Shown here: piece by piece, positions 58,566 to 64,000 of the stretch
How positions within the stretch are numbered: position 1 is the first letter of the stretch
Layout of the letters: each line of letters begins with the position of its first letter
IMG/VR virus record: IMGVR_UViG_3300031539_000018
Location: 1 to 64,000 of that record
DNA: 64,000 bases
Source: an uncultured virus (IMG/VR IMGVR_UViG_3300031539_000018)
Taxonomy: Duplodnaviria > Heunggongvirae > Uroviricota > Caudoviricetes
Reading direction: 5' to 3' (one strand)
Notes under the pieces: generated by a model
Database searches by the model: none
What the model was told of the DNA's origin: nothing
Seen by the model: the letters and a program-made list of their open reading frames with translations, nothing else
Made by a program: the position numbers and the translations under genes

Positions 58566-59913
58566 TGCTACTTTGGCGATGGACGCGGCAAGGGTGCGGC
58601 TCAACTATCTGCGTGGCTACCTTCGGGCTGTGTTGTGGACTATGCGCATGGTGCCCACTGGAGAGGTGCCCAGTATGGCTATGTCCAAGGACGCGGTGAT
58701 CTACTACAACCCGGAGGAGGTAGCCAAGTGGCCCTTGGAGGCCTGCGTGACGGTCCTGTACCATGAGGTGTGCCACTGGATGCGGCGTCACTATGAGCGC
58801 ATGGCAGACTTCCCGGACGAACAGTGCGCGCTCATTGCGGCGGAATTGGAACTCCAGGGTGACATCGAGGATGAGATCAACGGTGACTCGAATCTGGATT
58901 GGCCCCCACAGGGATACATTGCACCGGGCAAGCCGCCTTTCGAGAGCTTGCTCAAGGGCCTCCTGGCTGAGGAGTATTATCGACTTCTGGAGCGGCAACA
59001 GCAGCAATCCGGTGGCGCAGGGGGCCAGCAGCAGGGCAAGGGGCGGCAACAAGGTCAAGGCCAGGGGCAGAGTCAACAGGGGCAGAGTCAACAGCAAGGT
59101 AAGGGCCAAGGCAAGGGCCAGCAAGGTCAAGACCAGCAACCAGGCCAGGGCCAGGGTTCTGTGTCTGATGGGCACTGGAAGGACTGGGAGCAGCAGGACC
59201 ATCCGGAGGGCATCACTGAGGCCCAGGGGCGGCTCATTGCCCGCAAGCTGGCCCAGGACATCCAGGAGGCCGCGGAGCGTGATAAGTCGCAGCGGGGCAT
59301 CGGCTCAGTACCCGGCTGGATGAAGCGTTGGGCAGAGATGCAGCTTTACTCCAAGGTGCCCTGGTACAAGGTTCTAGACCGCTGGATACGTCAGTCCATT
59401 GGGCACGTCCTGGGGTTCTCAGACTACTCATTCAGGACACCGAACCGTAGGGCTGCGTTGAGCGGCCTCATCCTGCCGGGTTTGGTGAAGCCTGTGCCGA
59501 GGATCGCTGTGGTTCTGGACACATCAGGGTCCATGTCCGGTCATCAGGTTGGGTTGGCCCTCACGGAGATTGGCGGCGTGCTCAGGGCTATGGGGATGCT
59601 GGAGGGCGTGTGGGTACTGGCTACGGATGCGGAGGCCCATACCTGCCAGCGTGTGTTCAATCCCCGCCAGGTGGACGTTGTGGGCGGTGGGGGAACCATC
59701 CTGGAGTCGGGCATTGCACGAGCCATGAAGCTGCGGCCCCGGCCTGAGATCGTGGTCGTCATCTCGGACTGCCTGAACTATTGGGATGAGGTCAAGCCTG
59801 CCAGGGTGAGCATCGTGATCGTGCGTGTGGGCACGGGCAAGCCGCCTACGTGGGCCGACAAGGTGATTGACGTGGAGGATGTGGTAGAGGACTGGACGGT
59901 GTGGACAAGATGA
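58552..59913 (+). CDS. DUF2201-type metallopeptidase + vWA domain protein
   Basis: HEVCH zincin motif; Q/G linker; DTSGSM MIDAS; GGGGT. Confidence 0.88.
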   Translation: MTNRDATLAMDAARVRLNYLRGYLRAVLWTMRMVPTGEVPSMAMSKDAVIYYNPEEVAKWPLEACVTVLYHEVCHWMRRHYERMADFPDEQCALIAAELELQGDIEDEINGDSNLDWPPQGYIAPGKPPFESLLKGLLAEEYYRLLERQQQQSGGAGGQQQGKGRQQGQGQGQSQQGQSQQQGKGQGKGQQGQDQQPGQGQGSVSDGHWKDWEQQDHPEGITEAQGRLIARKLAQDIQEAAERDKSQRGIGSVPGWMKRWAEMQLYSKVPWYKVLDRWIRQSIGHVLGFSDYSFRTPNRRAALSGLILPGLVKPVPRIAVVLDTSGSMSGHQVGLALTEIGGVLRAMGMLEGVWVLATDAEAHTCQRVFNPRQVDVVGGGGTILESGIARAMKLRPRPEIVVVISDCLNYWDEVKPARVSIVIVRVGTGKPPTWADKVIDVEDVVEDWTVWTR

Positions 59914-60215
59914 CCACTGAGCTTCGTCTGTACGTGGTTCCTAATGGCCGGGGCGGTAGCGCCGTATCGTGCCCGGAGTGCCGAGAGCACGTGTTCCCCA
60001 GCGAGGACTACGTGATCCGCTGCGACGTGGGGCTGAGGCACGTGTACGCCTGCGAGTCTGTGACGCGGGGGTGGCTGGTGGGACGCCGGGTGTGTAACCT
60101 CTATGAGCGAGTGGGCCTGGTGGTGCACATTCGGCGGCTGAGGGGGGTATTGACCGGAAGGGACCGGAAAGTGCTGGAGGGTTTTCTGAACCTGATCGGT
60201 TTGGCAAGGGGGTGA
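59910..60215 (+). CDS. hypothetical Zn-finger protein
   Basis: CPEC...HVYAC. Confidence 0.45.
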   Translation: MTTELRLYVVPNGRGGSAVSCPECREHVFPSEDYVIRCDVGLRHVYACESVTRGWLVGRRVCNLYERVGLVVHIRRLRGVLTGRDRKVLEGFLNLIGLARG

Positions 60216-61546
60216 TGGTGGCTACAAGCGATTTGATGGGACTGTTTGGCACCAGACCCTTCCTGGAGGTCCGCAACGAGTTTCGTGCGGCCTTGCAGGC
60301 TGGGGCGCGTGAGGTTCGTTTCCGTGAGGATGACTATTCAGACGTGATACGGCTCCTGGCAGCAGCCAGTAACGGCGTGCCCGTGTTCCTGGATGAGGAG
60401 CGGCTGCCGGGTTTGAGGAAGGGCAGCCTGCGCATGAATCTCGAATGGTGCCGCCTGTTCGTGGAGGCCAACGGGACTGCGTTTCCGGGGGTCATGATCG
60501 TTAGGGAGAACGGGACGGCGATGTTTGTGAGGCTCTTGCCTGGCGTGCCTGTGCAGGTCACCTTGGATGTGACGGAGCTGGGGGCCTTCAATGAGGCTGG
60601 GGACGCGCTGCGGGGCATGTGGGCGGTGCAGTTAGATCACATGGCGGCATCGGTGCTACTCAACCCCTGGACTGTGACCAGGCCCCTCACGGACCCGGCG
60701 CAGGTAGACTTTCATGCAGCCCACAGGACGCCTCCGGCAATGGGGGCCGGGAGGCTGGAAGAAATCGGTGCCCCATCGGCGGACCTGCTTATGCGGCCCG
60801 TGAGGGTGACCGTAGCAGCCCCGGACCCGGTGGATACAAAGCGTGCCTGTGAGGCTCTGATGGGCGTGGTGGATTCCTACAACTGCTCCAAGCCGTCTTA
60901 TGGGCACCTCTATGGCCTTCTGGAAGAGGCAGGGAGGACTGGTATTGGTGATGCAGTCTTTGAGCGCGTTTTGGATTCCTTCCCTCTTAGTGGTCAGGAT
61001 ACCTTTGGTGAGATCATAGACGGCCTGATTGATGAGGGCTATGAGTGGGCTGGGTTCCTGCCTCGCCCCGATCCGGACTGGACCTATCGTGAGGACTACG
61101 TGGTCAAGTGGGCGGGAGGGGAGACCGGTATCAACCTGCAGATCGCTAAGTACCAGCGATTATTGAGGGCATGGGCCTTCATGGTCCGGGCTATGGGCAA
61201 GCTGTTGGGCCTCAACGGGTGGGCCTTCACGCCGGGCCTGTTGGTGGGGGATGAGGACTATCTGGCTGAGATTTCAGAGTGGGGTGGTAGAACCTTCGTG
61301 CTGTTGAACCCGCAGGGGTTGCGCGTCAGTGCGGCCAATAGTGAGATGGTTTTGATGTTACGGGACCGGGCGGCGCATGTGGTGGCCCATGTGGGCCAGC
61401 CGAATCATGACGAGAGTTGGGCCAGGCGGTACGAGTTCCTGCTGGAGGAGAGTGCGTCCCTGCTATCGAAGTGGGGGCGGGAAGAGTTGTCTTGGCTGAA
61501 TTCCTATGGATCGAGCATGGCTACCAAGAAAGGGGTGCAGAGATGA
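60212..61546 (+). CDS. hypothetical protein with degenerate zincin-like C-terminus
   Basis: 444-aa ORF; AAHVVAH...NHDESW. Confidence 0.6.
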   Translation: MMVATSDLMGLFGTRPFLEVRNEFRAALQAGAREVRFREDDYSDVIRLLAAASNGVPVFLDEERLPGLRKGSLRMNLEWCRLFVEANGTAFPGVMIVRENGTAMFVRLLPGVPVQVTLDVTELGAFNEAGDALRGMWAVQLDHMAASVLLNPWTVTRPLTDPAQVDFHAAHRTPPAMGAGRLEEIGAPSADLLMRPVRVTVAAPDPVDTKRACEALMGVVDSYNCSKPSYGHLYGLLEEAGRTGIGDAVFERVLDSFPLSGQDTFGEIIDGLIDEGYEWAGFLPRPDPDWTYREDYVVKWAGGETGINLQIAKYQRLLRAWAFMVRAMGKLLGLNGWAFTPGLLVGDEDYLAEISEWGGRTFVLLNPQGLRVSAANSEMVLMLRDRAAHVVAHVGQPNHDESWARRYEFLLEESASLLSKWGREELSWLNSYGSSMATKKGVQR

Positions 61547-61851
61547 AGGAGACCGAGGTTCAGTTGAAGGATGTAGATATGAAGGTGGTGGACCCGCATC
61601 TTACGCTGGTGCAGTCGTTGGACCTGAAGAACAGGCTGGCTAGCGCCATGCAGGGCATCGGGAGGCAGGGTTTCGCCGATATCCTGGGCATGGGGCGACC
61701 GCGCTGGTGGCGTTGGCGGACCAAGGGCCAGGCCCCGGTGAAGGTGGAGGAGTACCTGCACATCATCGCCCGGTTCCCGGAGCTGCGGGGCAAGGTATGG
61801 CGGCACCTGTTGCACCGGGCGCAGACGGAGATTGATAGCAGGAAGGGATAG
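61543..61851 (+). CDS. putative HTH DNA-binding protein
   Basis: IGRQGFADILGMGRPRWWRW Xre-like helix-turn-helix. Confidence 0.55.
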   Translation: MKETEVQLKDVDMKVVDPHLTLVQSLDLKNRLASAMQGIGRQGFADILGMGRPRWWRWRTKGQAPVKVEEYLHIIARFPELRGKVWRHLLHRAQTEIDSRKG

Positions 61852-61854
61852 GTT

Positions 61855-62220
61855 GTGAAGCAGGTACTCGTGTTGCCTACCTTTGAAATTCGCAACGATG
61901 GTGTATGCCGTAAATGTCTAAAGGAGTTGTCCTGCCACAATGATGATGCCATTGTGATAAGGGTGCAAAATATATATTGGTCTGGTTTCAAGAGTCACGT
62001 TTTCAATATTGTGAAGGTGGCAAATCCTTGGAACCATTCGAATCTTACATGGCGCGTCTACGGTCAACCGTTGTGTGGGTGTACATTGTCTAGTATACGA
62101 AGAGATGAGCCCCCTTATGAGTTGCTGTGGCTGCCAAGGTTGTTTCAGTTCGTCAACCCGGAGGACCGGCAGGCATTAGAAGAGGCGTTGGTATTGATGG
62201 CCCTGGCGGGGGAGATGTGA
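61855..62220 (+). CDS. hypothetical protein
   Basis: Lower-GC ORF, CRKC...C. Confidence 0.45.
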   Translation: MKQVLVLPTFEIRNDGVCRKCLKELSCHNDDAIVIRVQNIYWSGFKSHVFNIVKVANPWNHSNLTWRVYGQPLCGCTLSSIRRDEPPYELLWLPRLFQFVNPEDRQALEEALVLMALAGEM

Positions 62221-62226
62221 TGCTTT

Positions 62227-62260
62227 CTTTTGCTCCCAAAAGGTTTTAGCGATCTATAAT
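62227..62260 (+). promoter_or_regulatory. phage-specific promoter motif upstream of tnpB
   Basis: CTTTTGCTCCCAAAAG; TATAAT at 62255-62260. Confidence 0.6.
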
Positions 62261-62282
62261 GAGTGAGTGAAGTAAATGAGGC

Positions 62283-62311
62283 TTGACAAACCGGAAGGAA
62301 TCTGCTATACT
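62283..62311 (+). promoter_or_regulatory. sigma70-type promoter of tnpB
   Basis: TTGACA (62283-62288), 17 nt, TATACT (62306-62311) with extended TG. Confidence 0.82.
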
Positions 62312-62316
62312 GATAA

Positions 62317-62408
62317 TGCTACAGGTGCGGCGTGGTTGTTTTGTTATAGAAGGGGTCATGCAGGCCACGCGCACCTGTAGCGGGACGCAAGGCAATGTGT
62401 GACCCCTT
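62317..62408 (+). ncRNA. putative structured leader RNA (hairpin + pseudoknot), copy 2
   Basis: Stem 62317-62337 / 62363-62382; loop segment 62350-62362 complementary to 62396-62408; covaries with the copy at 449-548. Confidence 0.55.
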
Positions 62409-62420
62409 TGACATAAGGCG

Positions 62421-63632
62421 ATGATTGTACAGAAGAGCCATAGGATACAACTGAGACCCAACAATGAGCACCGAAGCGGTTTCAACCGCTGGGTTGGTGC
62501 TTACCGTTGGACTTACAACTGGGCGCTAGAACAGAAGAAGACAGCCTATGAGCAAGAGGGCAAGTCACTGAGTAAGTACGGTGTGCAGAAACTCTTGACT
62601 ATTGAGAAACACACGCTGGAAAGGGCGTGGCTCAATGATATCCTGCGAGACACGCTTGTCAATGCAATATGGAACATGGACAGGGCATACCAGAACTTCT
62701 TCCGGCGGGTCAAGAATGGAGAGGCCAAAAAGGGTTTCCCAAAGTTCAAGTCAAGACGGACGGCGCGGCGCGTTTTCCACGTCACGGCGTACCTCGTGCA
62801 ATTGAGCGAAGACCGACGGAGCGTCAAGTTGCCTAAACTTGGATGGGTTAGGATGAGCAAGGCCCTGCGATTTGAGGGCAAGATGGTTGGGACAGTGGCT
62901 GTCAGTGAAGAGGCGGGGCGGTGGTATGCATCCTTCGTCGTTGAGACTGAGATACCCGATCCTCCGGATCGTAGTGCTGACCCTGTGGTGGGCATCGACG
63001 TCGGTATCAAAACGCTAATGACGCTTTCTGATGGGAAGCGATATGAGAATCCGAAGGCTACCTATGAGCTAGAGAAGCTACTGGCGCGGTCACAGCGCCA
63101 ACTATCCTGCAAGACTAAGGGGAGTAAGCGGCGGGCTAGGGCAAAGCTGAGAGTCCAGCGGATACAGAAGCGGATCAAGGATGTGCGGGTAAATGCGGCA
63201 CATCAAGCCACGGCGGAGGTGACTAGGGACTACGGCCTCGTAGCTATGGAGGACTTGAATGTCAAAGGCATGGTCAAGAATCGTCACTTGGCAAAGGCCG
63301 TGTCAGACTCCAATTTCAATCGGTTGCGCCAGCAGTTGACGTACAAGACCGCGTGGAGCGGCAGTAAACTGAGGCTCGTGGACCGTTGGTTCCCGTCCAG
63401 CAAGCTGTGCTCTGAGTGCGGTTGCATCAATGATAATCTGACACTTTCAGATAGGAGGTGGACTTGCGATTGTGGGGCTGTTCATGACAGGGACCTAAAC
63501 GCTGCCCAGAATATTCTAGCGGCGGCGCTAAAGTTGGCCGACGAATCGGCGGTCACTGGGCGTGGAGGGATAGGGGCCTCAAGTCCTCCCGATGAAGCGT
63601 CAAGCGGGCAGCAGGAGGTGATAGATGCATAA
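62421..63632 (+). CDS. tnpB: TnpB-family RNA-guided endonuclease (IS200/IS605/IS607 OrfB; Cas12 ancestor)
   Basis: N-terminal HTH (RIQLRPN...RWTYNWAL), GFPKFKS, RuvC I VGIDVG, RuvC II MEDLNV, Zn finger CSECG/CDCG, RuvC III HDRDLNAAQNI. Confidence 0.95.
   Translation: MIVQKSHRIQLRPNNEHRSGFNRWVGAYRWTYNWALEQKKTAYEQEGKSLSKYGVQKLLTIEKHTLERAWLNDILRDTLVNAIWNMDRAYQNFFRRVKNGEAKKGFPKFKSRRTARRVFHVTAYLVQLSEDRRSVKLPKLGWVRMSKALRFEGKMVGTVAVSEEAGRWYASFVVETEIPDPPDRSADPVVGIDVGIKTLMTLSDGKRYENPKATYELEKLLARSQRQLSCKTKGSKRRARAKLRVQRIQKRIKDVRVNAAHQATAEVTRDYGLVAMEDLNVKGMVKNRHLAKAVSDSNFNRLRQQLTYKTAWSGSKLRLVDRWFPSSKLCSECGCINDNLTLSDRRWTCDCGAVHDRDLNAAQNILAAALKLADESAVTGRGGIGASSPPDEASSGQQEVIDA
63537..63603 (+). ncRNA. putative omega-RNA scaffold core overlapping the tnpB 3' end
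   Basis: Hairpin GCCGA/TCGGC; GGCGTGGAG...hairpin...GATGAAGCGTCAA arrangement recalled from tnpB 3' ends; boundaries uncertain. Confidence 0.5.
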
Positions 63633-63691
63633 GACCCGCAACCCCGAATTGACGGGGTCCTCATTCGCGTGGGCAATGGCTATTGTGAAGG

Positions 63692-63969
63692 GTGCACCCC
63701 ATGCGCATGTGGGGGATTCGCGCAGATGCGGGTCTGAAACGACGACCCCAAACGTGCACCCCATGCGCATGTGGGGGATTCGTACGGCAAGTATTGCCAG
63801 AAGCCGCAGAAACCCGTGCACCCCATGCGCATGTGGGGGATTCGTTGGCCCTGTGCTTGCGGCTGCGCAGGACGAAGTGCACCCCATGCGCATGTGGGGG
63901 ATTCGTCAAATGACAAGCGATTGCACGCCAGCATACGTGTACCCCATGCGTATGTGAGGGGGGGATTCG
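63692..63969 (+). CRISPR. CRISPR array: 4 identical 29-nt repeats + 1 degenerate, 4 spacers
   Basis: GTGCACCCCATGCGCATGTGGGGGATTCG at 63692, 63754, 63816, 63877; degenerate copy 63937-63969; unique spacers of 33, 33, 32 and 31 nt. Confidence 0.95.
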
Positions 63970-64000
63970 GTGGAGACTAAATGAGCGAACCCTATGATGT

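Noticed and set aside
58995..59160. CAG/CAA/GGC-rich repetitive DNA
   Set aside because: It is the Q/G low-complexity linker of the vWA protein, not an array.
63543..63548. CGAATC as a tracrRNA anti-repeat to GATTCG
   Set aside because: Only 6 nt and part of a local hairpin; not distinguishable from chance.
62421..63632. Calling a complete IS200/IS605 or IS607 element
   Set aside because: No Y1 or serine transposase is adjacent and I could not define a left end; only tnpB is supported.
63600..63980. Several ORFs on both strands across the array
   Set aside because: They are translations of the CRISPR repeats (recurring HPMRMWG/PHAHG).
1..64000. tRNA, rRNA, integrase, cas genes, reverse transcriptase/DGR
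   Set aside because: None recognised by eye; they may lie outside the window, and tRNAscan/HMM searches were not run.

Overview
The window is part of a tailed dsDNA phage genome (siphovirus-like). It is GC-rich, has sigma70-type promoters, and essentially all genes are on the + strand. The host is not determinable from the sequence. Gene order: HNH and PD-(D/E)xK nucleases; terminase; a block of putative decoration/lectin-like genes; portal; protease/scaffold; major capsid; a three-domain glycosyltransferase; adaptor and tail genes; lysis; a ~18.5 kb glycan biosynthesis/tailoring and DNA methylase cluster; and an early region with a MoxR AAA + vWA pair. The window ends with an intact-looking TnpB (no tnpA) followed 59 bp later by a 5-repeat CRISPR array, with no cas gene in the window. 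This is the best candidate for a new system. Other signals not named by the ORF track: (i) a covarying hairpin/pseudoknot leader shared by the HNH gene and tnpB, 62 kb apart; (ii) a phage-specific promoter class with CTTTTGC exactly 28 bp before a -10 hexamer at five sites; (iii) a likely +1 tail-chaperone frameshift; (iv) repeated gene-junction duplications and relic gene starts around inserted genes. All assignments come from motif reading by eye; no database search was run.
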